Assembly: GCA_963693365.1 (NCBI GenBank)
Contig: CAVNZM010000018.1
Location: forward strand, 2,332,728 to 2,396,727
DNA length: 64,000 bases
Source of the DNA: Amoebidium appalachense
Lineage: Eukaryota > Protista > Ichthyosporea
Direction: 5' to 3'
Shown: piece after piece, positions 12,939 through 26,542 of the stretch
Numbering within the stretch: position 1 is the first letter of the stretch
How the letters are laid out: each line of letters starts with the position of its first letter
The notes under the pieces: model-generated
The model's input: the letters and a program-made list of their open reading frames with translations, nothing else
Database searches by the model: none
Told to the model about the DNA's origin: nothing
Made by a program: the position numbers and the translations under genes

Positions 12939-15549
12939 GGTGTGTGTATGTGTCCGTGCGTAGCGGGCACGTTTGTTTTTGTGTGTACGTGAGCTGGCGA
13001 GTAAGCTGGGGTGTATTTGTGTGTGTATACGTGTTGGTGCGTTCTTGTACGCAGACTTGCACTACTCTCTCTCTCTCCCCCTCCCTCTTCTCTTTCTCTC
13101 TCTCCCCCTCCCCCTCCCTCTTCTCTTTCTCTCTCTCCCCCTCCCTCTTCTCTCTCTCCCCCTCCCCCTCCCTCTTCTCTTTCTCTCTCTCCCCCTCCCT
13201 CCTCTCTCTCTCCCCCTCCCCCTCCCTCTTCTCTTTCTCTCTCTCCCCCTCCCTCTTCTCCTTCTCTCTCTCCCCCTCCCTCTTCTCTCTCTCCCCCTTC
13301 CCCTCCCTCTTCTCTTTCTCTCTCTCCCCCTCCCCCTCCCTCTCTCTGTCTCCTTCACTCCTGCCACCTTCCACTCTCACCATTGCCCTCTCTCGCACTC
13401 TTTCTCTGTTTACAAAAAGCTAAACCACGGAAAGAATATCTAACGAATATGATGGCTCGGTCTCTGCCAGTCTCCCACTTTTATTTTATTTTCGATAAAT
13501 TGTTTCTATATATATCTTTTGGTTGGCAGGCCGGGGGGGGGGGGGGGGGGGGGGCTGCTTGCAGAACTATACCGGAAAAAAAAAAAAAAAAAAAAAAAGA
13601 GGAAAGAAAGAAAAGAAAAAAGGAAACACCACGTGAATACGCAGGGAGGAGGAATTCGGGCAGAGACTATCATGGAAGGAGGTGCTTATGCCTTCACAAA
13701 AGAACGGGGGTGTTGACTCAAAAGGCATGCACCAAGGGGAAAGGGTGGGTGTGTGTGTGTGTGTGTGTGGGGAGGGGGGGGGGGGGGGGGGGGGGGGAGG
13801 GGGGGACTCACGTAGGGCGGTATGGGCGGGGCGCTTTCTCACAACGCTGACACGTTCGACTGTGTGAGAGAGACAGAGGTAATCAGTTGAGTATGTTCCT
13901 GCAATTGCTTTCGATGCAAGTATGCCCGTGTATGTTCATGACCTTGACCTGGGAAAAATACCCCCCAAAACACACACACACATGTCACGCACGCACGCAC
14001 GCACGCACGCACGCACGGACGGACGGACGCAAGCACGCACGCACGCACGCACACACACACACCTCCCTCACGTGCCCCTCTTTCCTCAAACACGCGCAGG
14101 CGTGCGCAGACACACAGGCACAGGAGCACAAGGCATGCGCGTACACACACACACACATACACAAGACAAGGGAAGAAGGGGGAGGGAGGGGGGGGGGGGG
14201 GGGGGGGATGTATGCATTAGAGGGTTGGAGATATGGAATTGCCACCCAAGGACAAAACGTCACAATACGAAATCAAAACAAAGTTTAAAATGGGACAAAA
14301 CAAAACGTGTGCAGGCAAAAGACATCTGAAAAGAGCCCATCATCAGGGGATTTCCTAACGGTGTTGAGAAGAAAAGAGGAACAGATGTCGAAAGAATAAA
14401 AGCAAGGAAGTCGCACAACACGACACAGACAAAAACAAAAGGGATTTAGAAGAAAAAAGGAATAGTAGTCAAGAGAAAGAAAAGCAATGAAGACAGAAAC
14501 AGAAACGACACACCGAGCAGGAAGCAAAAATTGAACATGCAAGCAGAAGATATTTAAGTTTTATTCCCCATAAGTCCCATCCTATCCTCGTATCGGGGTA
14601 TACCTATGTTTAGACGTTTAAAAAAAAAAACCGAAAATCGCACAAAAAAATCATATGAAAGAGAAGTAAAGACAAGAAAATGGCGGAAGGAAGGAAGAAA
14701 GAAAGAAAGAACAAATCAGAAATCCAAATAAATAAAAATAAAATAAAATAAACAAAGAACATACCAAGGGTGCAGCCAGCAAAACTCACTATAAACTTCT
14801 TCGAATTGGTGTCCCAAACGAACGGACCCAGGGAGGGAGGGGAGGCGGGGGGGGGGGGGGGGGGGGGAGGGGGGGAGGGGGGAGGGAGGCTTACCCGGGA
14901 GTTGCACGGGGTCGTTTCTTTCCTCATGATGGCCAAAGTTGCACACAGTGAGAATCTCGTTGTTTTCCGCCACATCCCTAATCTGCAGTCCAAAAAAGGG
15001 TTAAGCTGGGCACAAATGGTGCATTCTATAACGTTAGACCTTCGTATGATGCATCGTATAACGTTAAACATGCTCGTATTATGCATCGTATAACGTTAAA
15101 CATGCTCGAAGGTTGCACCCAGGGGTTTGTGCGCATCGTGCGCATGTGGGTTTCTGGAAAATGGCTGCTATAGACACTCGCTGGAAGAGAGAGATGGTGG
15201 TGGCAGAAAACAAAAGAGGTTTGATTGGGTCGACAATGCCATCGGCCCATTAACATGTACAGGATCAGCAACATGGCCTGCGACAAAAGAAGAATGCAGT
15301 GCGTGTGTGCGTGTGTGTTGTGGGCGGGGGTAGGGGGAAGGGGGGGTATATACAGAAAGAACCAACGACTTCGTGCAGCCCCCAACCCACCATCCCACCC
15401 CCATCATCAGATTTACGAGTGGAAAGAACGTCGAAGTGCAAATTTGGGATACCAACGAGGTATGAGGATGTGTGGAAACTTAGGTGTGAAGGAGGGGTAC
15501 AAGAACATATCCATACAAGGACGAGAAGAAAGACCGGTGTCATGTTATC

Positions 15550-15583
<34 letters not shown>

Positions 15584-16170
15584 AGCCTTGTTCGGGATGA
15601 TGCGGCAAACGTGGTTGAGATTTTTCGAGGGGTGCACACTTCATGTGCTGAGTTAGCTCTAACACAGGGAACAGTTAACCAAAGGCCAGTGGTTGTGTAA
15701 GTGAGCAGAAACCTCTAAATACAAGAGTAAAAAAAGAAGACTTACTCTTCCCACAGTTTTAACCAAAGGCACGATGTCCACTTGCTTGTTTCAATGTTCC
15801 CGGACACAGCACATAAAAGAGGATGCCACCACGCAGACACCTTATCAGCGATGCGTAAACGATGTCCAATAGAGTAATAAAATTAGTGTAGCTGACTCGT
15901 AGTTCCTACACTTACAACAAAACACACAATTTCGACATTGTCCAATTGCATGGTTTCACATCTCCCTCGTACACAGCACACAAAAGAGGAATCCACATGT
16001 TGACACACCTTATCCGTGAGACACAGACGAAACCCATTCGAAAGCACAACATGAGTAGCGCCTGTTGCGTTTGCTCTGCGCTGTGCCTCTTCCATTAGCC
16101 ACCCTACGGTCGCATCCTCGGCAACGGGCACAATCACCCGGTCTTTTCCTACCACAACTTGAAGACGCAT
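11632..16170 (-). CDS. Par3/HAL/TONSL-type ubiquitin-like domain + CENP-B/pogo N-terminal HTH + CENP-B HTH protein (287 aa, 5 exons)
   Basis: Exons (minus strand) 16170-16009, 14982-14895, 13859-13812, 12847-12606, 11955-11632. All introns are GT..AG with matching phases (0,1,1,0); 864 nt, open to the stop. N-terminus MRLQVVVGKDRVIVPV..TVGWLMEEAQRR..LCLTDK|IRDVAENNEILTV; then RKAKKVLSLQEKFEVLGKLDEGVSHGDIANEYGLHLSTVSKL and YPQ|LEKSVRDW..AIQDKAR..FKASNGWLQKFRQRY; G/M-rich tail. Confidence 0.85.
13065..13345. repeat. CT-rich compound tandem repeat (intronic)
   Basis: Repeated ctctctctccccctccc(c)tcttctct units. Confidence 0.8.
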
Positions 16171-16804
16171 GTTGTTAAGGGTGAAAACGAAAAAGGGGGA
16201 CTATTTAACAGGAAGAAAGGACTGAGAAAGGTAACAAAAAAAAAGGATATTACGCGTAAAAAGGAACAGGGAATACTGAAATGATATATAGTTAAAGTAT
16301 TAGAAAAGAAATATTATATGTTCCTTTCCTGTCACACAAAAGAGGGAAGAGGGGGCTATTTCGGAGGATTTCACACGGAGGGAAGACAACGAGAAAACGC
16401 TTGAAACGGGTGACGTATGCGAGGGAAAAACGGTCGCTTCCTTACGTAAGCCTCACGTAGGCTCTACACCAATCGAAATGGTCGATTCAAATCGAATTTT
16501 GCAGATCGAAACCTCGGGAATCAGCTGCGTGCATGCGCGGCCAACGTTAACCAGGCCAACAAAAAAACGTTCGAAATATTCTTGGCGGGAGCCGCCGGGC
16601 CGACGCGTAACGTTAACGTTACTTAGAAATGTGTAGTCATGTGTATGTTGTGGGTGTGTTCTTGAACACATTAATAAAACGTGACAAGCTTGCAAGGGTA
16701 CTGTAAATAACTGAGGGCCAGCTAGCTGCCGGTCCAATTGGTGCTCGTGTGTATGATATGTCCATGTGTGTGTGTGGATGTATGGGTGTTGGGGAAGGCC
16801 TGCG

Positions 16805-16835
<31 letters not shown>

Positions 16836-18707
16836 CAAGGGGTTCCAACTAGAGAAATCTAGGTGTCATCGTCGATTTCATTGAAGTTATCTTGGAGTGG
16901 CAAAGGCTTTAACAGGACGCGGAGAGGGGATCGTATCGATCATCGAGGGGGGGGGGAGGGGGGAGGGAGGGGGGGGGGGGGGGGGGGGGAGGGGGGGGGG
17001 GGGAAGGGGAGGGGGGGGGGGGGGGGGGGGGGGGACTGAGGGGAGGGGGGGGGGGGGCTGCCGGCCGGGGGCGATGAGGGCGGGCGAGGGGGGGCGGGAG
17101 GGAATAGGCTAGCGCTGAGAGCTCCCTTTCTCTCTCTCCCCTCCCTCCCCCCCCCCCCCTCCCCCCCCCCCCTCCCCTCCTCACCTCCCCCTCCTCCCCC
17201 TCTCTCCCCCCCCCTCTCTCTCTCTAGCTGTCGCTGTCTATCCCTCTTTCTCTCTGAGACCGAGGCTCTCCCTCTTTCTCCCCGGCTCTACTATTATCTT
17301 AGGCTCGAGCCACTTATCGACCTGAATATGCCTTTCTTTGCCTTTCCCCTTCTCGAGCTCCCCACTCTCCGAGCCTCCCCCCCCCCCCCCCCCCCCAAAC
17401 GCACCCACCCTGGCCACCCACCCCCACTGAAAAAATGCGGATCTAATTAGAGACATGTTGGATGCGAGTGGGAGAGTACTGATCGTGCCCAGTGGGGCCA
17501 CCTCGAACTCGGACACATAACAAAACACTCGGACGTTCTCCTCCCCCCTTTCCCCCCTCTAGTTCTGTTTCTCCGGATCCATGTCCGAGTCTTTCGTGGC
17601 CGATATGCCCGATGTGCCCACGGCAGACACACGTCACTCTCTCTCCCTCTAGATCCGAGCCTCTCCGTTTTTTTCTCTTTTTCTTTTCTTTTCTTTTCTT
17701 TTTCTTTCATTCTCTTTTCTTTTCTTTTCTTTTCTTTTCTTTTTTGTTTGGGGGGAGGGGAGGAGGGGAGGAGGGGGGGGATGTAGGTACAGTATTGTAT
17801 GTGCATTAAAAGGTTGGAAGTATAAAGAGCCTAGTGAGTTACCCTGTTAACTCGAAGAACAGAGAGAAGTCTCCTGAGATCTGGGGTTATGCTCGGTATG
17901 GAGGACACACCAAAGGTCAAAACAACAACAACAACAACAACAAAAAAACTCCACAATAATAAACAACCCGAAATCAACTGAATGGAACGGGGGGGGGGGG
18001 GGGGGGAGTTCATTCAGAAGGCAGTCGAACAAGGTCCATCATCAGGTGGTGGTGGTGGTGGTGGTGGTGGTGGTGGTGTGTGTGTGTTGGGGGGGGGGGG
18101 GGGGGGGGAAGGGGGGGGGGGGCTGCTGTTTGAACAGAACCGAAGGGTTTTATTCCCCTAGCATATCACCGGCAACCGCTTAGGGCTCATGTACCATTGG
18201 CATCGACAGATATATTACAGCTTTACCTATTTACACATATGCATACACATCCTTAAATGATATCGACATCTTTGGGGGGTAAATATCAACAGAAAAAGAA
18301 ACATGGGCCAAAAAAGTAAGACAACAAAATGTGCATGTGTATCTATCACATAGCATGGTGCACTTGTTGGCGGGGCGGAAACAGGCTTACATGTGGTGCT
18401 GTAGGGTACATATCACGGTGTAATACATGACATCAGAGATGTGTTTTCACACATATATCTAAACTATCCTGGGAATCCAGTGTGTGTGTGTGTGTGTGTG
18501 TTGACCAACTTAATCATCATCATTAACTCAGTGTTACGATGGAAAAAAAGAAGCCGGAAATACCAGTTGCAAAAAAAGAAAAAGGGGGAAAAAACACAAG
18601 CCAATGGTATACAAAAACACATCACGCCCTCTATTTACAACCCAGTTCTCAACAGGAAAAAAGTGGTTACCACCAATCAACAAATCCCATCCATGATATT
18701 CCACCAA

Positions 18708-20921
18708 TCAGCGACGAACTCCGCACCTGCTTGGAAACGATTGGGCAAACCAGCCGCAAATCAGCGTGAAGTGGGCGTTGCTTATGATTGGGCCCCCATT
18801 CCTTCCAGTCCGTTGTTCCTCCCACGAAACAACCGACACAACACCATAACGGTTTGCGATTGGTTGATTCGGAAAGGTGAGGTATAGAGGGGACCCGCTT
18901 TGCCCCCGAAAAATATCGCAGGAATGCGTGATGGTATTCACCGGAAGGAACCCAAGCACACGGCAAGACATGGTGTACATTCCTTGGTCCATCTTATCAC
19001 CGGGGAATCCGGCCGTGGAGATGCCCATGTTGACTTGCAAACCGTAATTTCCGAAACCAAAATACCCGACATTTGGCGGGTACCTCGGATTCAGTTCAAT
19101 CATCGCAATGTCATCGCCCCAATTCCCGTAATATGCCCAGCCCGATGTTGTCCACCAACGCTTGAAGTCGTACCGCGCTTCAACATATCTCCCGTTGCTC
19201 AAAATTGTGATTGTGAAATAGCCCCCAGTCATCATTCTTCCTCCGTAGCCTTCGTGAATGCAGTGACCTGTGCCAATGAAATCGTTAGTTTGATGCCCAA
19301 AAAAGGAGTGGGGGAAGAAGGGGGGGGGGGGGGGGGGGGAAGACACGATCCATTCAAAAGGGATAGGAAACGGGGCTGTAGGTAAGGAGAAAGGATTCAA
19401 AACAGACTACGTACCCCGTCAGACTAGCAAAATTTATTCGCCGCCGGCTAAAATCGCTATGATATATAATGTCATACCGATTTACTACCATGTATAGTAG
19501 CAAATCGGTAAACGTCGCCGTGACCAAAAGATTCTTAGCCGGTGGCGGCTAAATTTTGCTGATCTGACGGGGTACAGTCTGTTTTGAACCCTTTCTCCTG
19601 AAGTTCTATGTCTGCGACTTGCTGACCTCCATTTATAGAGATTGTGCAGCGAAATATAAAGCTTGGAGAAATGGCCACATAGTTGTGAAGAGTAAAAACA
19701 CGTGCTCACGGAGTAAACATGTATCCAGTATCTAAGTGAGAAGAGAGAAATGCTGCAAGTCAAACGTTTTCGGCAATAAGGGGGGTTTCCAGCTACGTAT
19801 CTACTGACAGTGAGATGTTGTCGAGCAACTCAATCGTCTTCTTTTGTGTTTTTTTTTTTTAAAATAAAAAAAAAAAATAATAAATTACGATATTGTTCAA
19901 GCACATCTACACAACCGTTCATGTGTTCATCTGTTTGTGTGCTTTGTTTCCTCTTTCCTTTTTTTTTTATGTGCACGTCTCCATAATCTTTCCCTGCATA
20001 CAGCATAAAGTGAACCACTTAGATCGGAAGAATCAAAAACCCAACAGCTCTGTGGAGCGAGGGGGTGAGAGGGGGGGGGAGGGGGGGGGGGGGGGGGAGG
20101 GAGGGAAGGGAAGCGAGGTTTTTTTTACCAGCGGTGAACACGTGGAACGGCCCAATAAGCGAACCCGAACAGGTCTGCGAATATTGTCCGAAATTCAACC
20201 AGAGTTTCCCCACCCACTTGGTAGGTGGGGCTGTTGCTCGCGCCTGCCAACTGACTACCCGCCTGTCGTCAGGACCAATGATAACCGCCACTCCCATGCT
20301 TCCACCATTTGCACTGCTACCACTTGAACTCGCGTTCCGGCCCGGTTCTTTCGGGTCGAGCGGTGTTTGGGTCGGGCTGCCTGCGGGTACCCCTGAACCG
20401 GCTGCACCGGCTGCCATCATGTTCGGGCGGCGTTTGATCATTGCAGAATATTGCAAAAGTACTTTTGCAGTGGTTGGATCTTTAGGATTCAATGCCACCT
20501 TGGTAACACGTGGACTCTTTCCGCCTTCCCCTGCTTCCGCCATGAGGTAGCCATTAACGAGCGTTTGTGTCAGTTTGTCATCCCGTGTCATGCTCGTGGT
20601 AATGGTCGATGTGCTTGGTGGTGGCTTGGGTTTTTGCGCTGATGTGAAAAGATTTGTGGCTGGTTCTGTTACAACGCTTTGTGTGACAAGTCGTGAGAAC
20701 AAGGTCGGGCCAAAGGGATTAGATGCTTCCCATGCCTTATCAGGAGCAATAGTCGAAATGGTGAGGGATGGTGATGTTTGACGTCTATCCCTCGAGTTTT
20801 CCTGCACGTCATGTGCGCGTGGCGCGATTGAAGACGCATTTGATAACGTAAAGAACGATGAAATAATGAAAAAGAAAAAAATAAGCAGCTGGTGCTTATA
20901 CGGTACAACTGATCCCTCCAT
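18708..20921 (-). CDS. Secreted trypsin-fold (S1) serine protease, V8/glutamyl endopeptidase-like (450 aa, 2 exons)
   Basis: Exons 20921-20129 and 19267-18708, phase-1 GT..AG intron. Signal-like LLIFFFFIISSFFTLSNA; S/T-rich pro-region; mature start VIIGPDDRR; CSGSLIGPFHVFTAG|HC (His), DDIAMIEL (Asp), AGFPGDK, CDIFRGQSGSPLY (Ser). Confidence 0.9.
19385..19599. mobile_element. Foldback/MITE-like element in the protease intron
   Basis: About 70-bp imperfect terminal inverted repeats (aggagaaagg(a/g)ttcaaaacagact..gtaccccgtcaga..gcaaaattta..ccggctaa) around a short spacer. Confidence 0.75.
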
Positions 20922-23900
20922 CTTTAAACATGAATTGCACTTGGCCTTGAGTTGTGTGGTCGTGTGGGACACTGATATTAGTCGTGTGCTTGCATCTATA
21001 AGTTGGCGGGTAGTGATTCGAGGCGTTTGTTGGTGCAAGCAGTGCTAGCATTTCAAGCAAGAATTCCCTAAAACCCAAACTAAATCACGAACATCAACCT
21101 ATAGAACGTACTTGCTTAAATCTTTAAGAATATTCGAAAAACATGTAACAAAACGAGCCAGACAGATAATGAGTTTAGTGGAGATGACAATGGCGCATCT
21201 ATTTATTTTGCTGTTACTCGTCCATGAGTTTGTGACACCACCGACCTATGAATGGTTGTGCAGGTTTTGTTGTGCTAGGCAGACAAGACTGCAGTAAGTA
21301 AAGGCCCAAAATCAAATCACGTTATGCCACAACTACAAGCTTTCGCTTTTAAACACATGCACGGGCTTTGTGTGCTTGAATAGCTATGGCGCTTTTTTTG
21401 AAGCCAAGGACAACGCCACTGGTATCTTATGAGAGGACTCCTGGGCAGCCGGGTTGAAACGAAATTACCCAGGGCACGCTTGCCACGTGAATACTATTAG
21501 TAATGAAACTATGCGTGTTAATTGGAGATCTTGGCTACTACTATATAAATAAATAAAAAAAAGAACAAGAAAAGAAAAAGAACAAGAAACAGTGAGGTTG
21601 TACATAAATCCTCCCCTCGGATCATCCCCGGGATCTTCCGAGCGGCCGTGGCCTGGATAAAAATAACATACCAGAGATTCCAAAGCTATGACCGCTTCCG
21701 AGTTCGTAATCCGCTCAAAAACAAGTACTAGGTTCATTGTAAAAATGAAATACTTCCAAAATGAACAATTTAGCTAATTACGCTTGCCATTTGAAATGCT
21801 CTATAAAGTTCCTCAAAGAATATTTTTAGTTTTTGAGACTCTCAGTGTCCTGGGGTGTTCAGTGACGTAATCTAGCCATCGCGAGCTGATTGGTGGCATT
21901 CACAAAGGCAATGTCCCCATAGACCACAAGTTCGTTATCTCCCGATCCCCCGAATTGCTTTCAGAGACTTTTCGACGTGATTTGCTATCACTATTATTGT
22001 TGGCATTGGGCTTCATAATTTTAACATTATAAAAACCGTTTTTTTTTTTGGTTGATATTGACAGAGAAAATGGGAATCGGAATGACTTCAATCTCTTATG
22101 TAGCTGTCACGTCAACTTTTTTTCCCGATTCTTCACCATGGCAGTGCATGCGGCCTTGTCTATTTCTACTGGTGTGAGAGTGTGGGGACATCTCCCTTCC
22201 GCTTGAGGAGTGGTTTCTTCGACATCTGGTGGCCCACTGCAACTTACGGTGACTTCTAAACGCTATCTCCGCTTCTACGCGAGCTATTGGCGGTGGGCTG
22301 CTGCAACTTCTTCAACTGCTTCAGCGCTGCGTGAGTGGAGGGGTAGCTATAGCTACTGGGTCGTTCCTTGTGGCTGCCGTGTTTTCAGCCATCAGCAGTA
22401 TGGCAATGACTGGGTTTGCTTGCATGCATTCTGTAGTTGTGTTTTCCTGTGTGTCCTGCCATAACTAGGCCACCTTATCAAATTTAAAGAGTTAGAGACA
22501 GCTTCTGCGGGTTTTCTAGGGGACGGGCCCGTAGGGATTGTTTTCTCTCTCGGATTTGGTCTGCTTTGTTCTTTAAAGGGCTGACTCGCTTGCTGTGCCC
22601 CGGTAGGTTTTGAGGGGGGCCTGTTGGGGGGCAGCAGTAATGATGTCTTCTTGCGGAGTGTGGCCTGGTCATCATCGCTGCATATCACTAGTTGGAGCAA
22701 ACTAGTTTCACGCATACACGCGTGCACTTGTACCTTTGCCCGCTGGTGTCCTTTGGTCACTTGTTGTTTTATTTTTTATTTCATCGCTGTGGCTCTTTCG
22801 AAGTCGGTTATTTTGGTGGTCATGTAGCCTGTGGCTGCACGTTGCCTTCATATCCACTGCACCACTGATCAATAAATCTTGGTCAAGAGAAAAAAAATAT
22901 TTTCAGAGATATATAGTTCAACAGTTGGTGAAGCTCGAAAGGAGCAACCAAATAGTAACTTGCCCTCAAACATAAGGCACACATAATTTTTGGGAATACT
23001 GTGACAGAACGTTTTATATTATAGTTATATAAACGCAAGATTAATATATTGCCAATGAATCATACGGGGGTCGGGGGGCCGAAACGGCGCCGGATAGGTA
23101 TGCACATATCGGATAGATATACCGAAATAAAAAGAAATATCTCCGGACTAATTCGCCAAGTGCAAAAATACAGTAATCCTAAAATGTAATTTCTAGCCCT
23201 GCTTGCAAGTTCTGCACTTTATGCATGCCCATCTATTGTGACAAAATCAGGGTTGGGCTGGGGTTGGCCAGCTTAACCGTATTGTCCTTTGGTCAATCGT
23301 AACGGACAGTTTCTTAATCGTAACGGGGGGGTTCTTGGGGATCTGCAAGCCCAGATAAAAACGCACCTCCAGTCACAAAACTCAAAATACGCGTTTTTAC
23401 AAATTAAGAATCGCAAACTTACAAGCCCTGGACACTTGTCGGGGCTCCATATTGCTCATGAGAAGCGCTGTAGGTATGTTCTTGAACAGAAATATTGAAA
23501 AAACTAGGTACAGTTAGATATTAGGGGGCCTTAAAGCGTTTATAATGCTATACATCTGATACGAAAGCTGTTACGACGGCACCCTAAACTTATTCGTATC
23601 GGGGTCTTTCGTTAACTAAGAAAATAACATCTCTTTTAAATCCCGTTTTTCTATATTGATATCAGAACCCGACAGGCCAAACGGGGCTACGTATTCTTTC
23701 ACACCAACGCCATAATAACCACCAGGCCACTTTTTCCTAGAAAAATGCCTGGGCCTATGAAAAAACACAAGAATATTATATTTAAGTATATATAAACGAT
23801 ACGATAGACCAACACAGCACCTCACAGCGTTAATCGTATTGCCCCCCGTGCTTAATCGTAATTACGACACTTCTGGTGTCTGGGTCGTATTGCAACCCCT

Positions 23901-25322
23901 GGTCTCCGGTTGCTTTTGATTGGCTTAGATTACACAACTCCAAATATGACTTAGCGCCGTATCGTCCGATTGGTACGCGTAGATGACTGTCAGATCTTGA
24001 GAGATCGCTGCAGCGTACAACGGCGACTGCCTTTTTGTAGGCGGACCGCCAGCATCGATCGATCACACAAGTGTTCACTGAGGCACACAACTCAAAAAAC
24101 CACTCAGAATCAAGTGAGATGAAGTGATGCCACTGTGTCTGTCAGTCTGCGTCACATCATGCAACTGCGTATGGGCTCGCCACTGCTGATGGGTGAGCCC
24201 AAACACGAAGATACATAAACACGAGCGCGCACATACAAATGTCGCGCACGCACAAACACGCAAACACGCACGCCGACACGGGTACGCCTCACACACGCAC
24301 ACACACACACATACATACACACACGCACACGCACACACACACGCACACGCACACGCACACGCACACGCACACGCACACGCACACTCACACTCACACGCAC
24401 ACGCACACGCACACGCACACGCACACGCACACGCACACGCACGTATACTCACGAACACGCACACAACACAGACGCACCCACCCACCCGTGCATGAAGTCG
24501 ATACTCTCATGACCTGCAGTCAGAAAGAACCCACAATTCCACCCTTCCCCTCGTGCACCCTCTTCCCTTTCTTCCTTCCTCGAAGTCCCGGGGAAATATT
24601 CCACGCATATTCCATGGTGTGGTGCGGGAGGGAAATCATGTTTAAGAGTGTGTCGGTGCGTGTATGTGTGGTGTGTGTCTGTAGGCACGGGGGGGCGGGG
24701 GGAGGTGGGGAGGGAGGGCCGGGGGGGGGGGGGGGGGGGGGAGGGGGAGGGTAGTGTGTTTGTGTCTTTGGGGGGGGGAGGGGGTGGGGGAGGGGATATG
24801 GTATTAAAGCACTCGGCATTGTGATGCCATGTTTCTTTGTCGTACACACAGAGGCCCAGAATGTGAACCGGCGAATGCACATGGCCATGTGCATGCATGC
24901 ACTTTTATTGACAAGGAATCTCGAAACTTCTTGGGCAGCCTAAATTTAACTCACTTACAGTGAGTGGGCGTTTTGCCTTGTTGGACACACACACACACAC
25001 ACCACACACAGACACACACACGTATCATGGTGCACGTTTTAAGGCTGTGGGCGTGTGATATCTGTGTTTATTACTACTGGTGAAGTTTGAGTGTGTACGT
25101 GTGTGTATGTGTGTGTGTGTCCATATGTGTGTGTATGCATTTGTGTATATGTGTGTATGTGTGTGCCGTGCTCAACCTCGTGTGTGTGTGTGCGCGCGCG
25201 CGTGCGTGTGTGTCTGTGTGTGTGTGTGTGTGTGTGCGTGCGCGTGTGCGTGTGTGTGTGTGTGTGTCACGTATGTGTCACGTGTGTGTGTGTGTGTGTG
25301 TGTCACGTGTGTGGGTGTATGT

Positions 25323-25436
<114 letters not shown>

Positions 25437-26542
25437 CGAAACAGGACAGGGAAAAAATAAGAAAAAAGCGGCTCATGCGGTACATAGTGGTTAGCCTCAG
25501 TTTCATTAATGAGGGGGGGGGGGGGGGGGGGGGGGGGGGGATGGAAAACACTCCGAAAGTCATATTGCATGTGCATAAGTTGGCTTGTGGGTACACGTAC
25601 CCCGAAGTTCGCCCTGCGCGCACGAGATAATTGATCATTATAACTACTACATACAGGTATCATCATGAAAAAGACCTGGGGCTGGCAGGCGTGCGTACAT
25701 GTACATGAGTTTGAAAGTTTCCCAAAGGGTGGGGTGGGGGGGGGGGGGGGAGGGGGGAAGGAGGAGAGTGGGGGAAGGAACAGGAGAGGGAGGCAAAGGA
25801 GGAGCCTAGCGGGGAGGAGAGGGGAGGGCAGGGGGGTGGGGGGGGGGGGGGGGGGGGGGGGGAAGGGGGTGGGGCTCGTAGATGAGCCATGGGGCCATGG
25901 TGCGGCAGGCACGTGCACTGCCTGGAGTCGGATGGGCTCAGACCGTGTGGCGCCAAAAAGAATCATGCAACATGTTGCAATTGTTATTGTTACGTTAGCT
26001 GTTACGTCACTTGTTACGTCACATGATACGCGCTAAGCCAATCAGATTGCCGGGATGTGTTGAAAGGCTTTTCGTGACCGTCAAATCCGCGCGATACACA
26101 CACTTGCAAAATGAGCACACACAAAACGGCGCAGAGCGACACTTTTTCTTCAGTCTAGTTCAAGTACGCATGCTTTGAAAGCACGGGTTTGTGAACCTGT
26201 GTGCCTCACATGTATGCATGGGGCATGCCGGCACACCTCACATCGACTATTGAGCTGCAATGGCGTGACCTCAGCTTTCAGCAAGAATCGTCGGCCTCAG
26301 TTTGATCATATTGCGTGGCACCGTGCCGAGTTTCAATTTGTTCCTTTACTAAAACATCAAATCAGCATTCGCATCACTTCAATTAGAGCACACATGCATA
26401 CAGCTCAGAGTCAGCAACAGGAGTTTCCATTTTTTTAACCCTTTTTGCTGTTGCGACTTCGCTGATTTTCTGGTCGCTATTTCGCTGGTGGCCATGGGCT
26501 CGCAGAACCGAGCCAGAGCACAAGGAAATTGAAGCTCCGAGA

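Noticed and set aside
22138-24100. Complex-looking short ORFs (22210-22464 +, 23616-24090 -)
   Set aside because: In-frame stops, no recognisable motif and no consistent exon chain; possibly decayed sequence.
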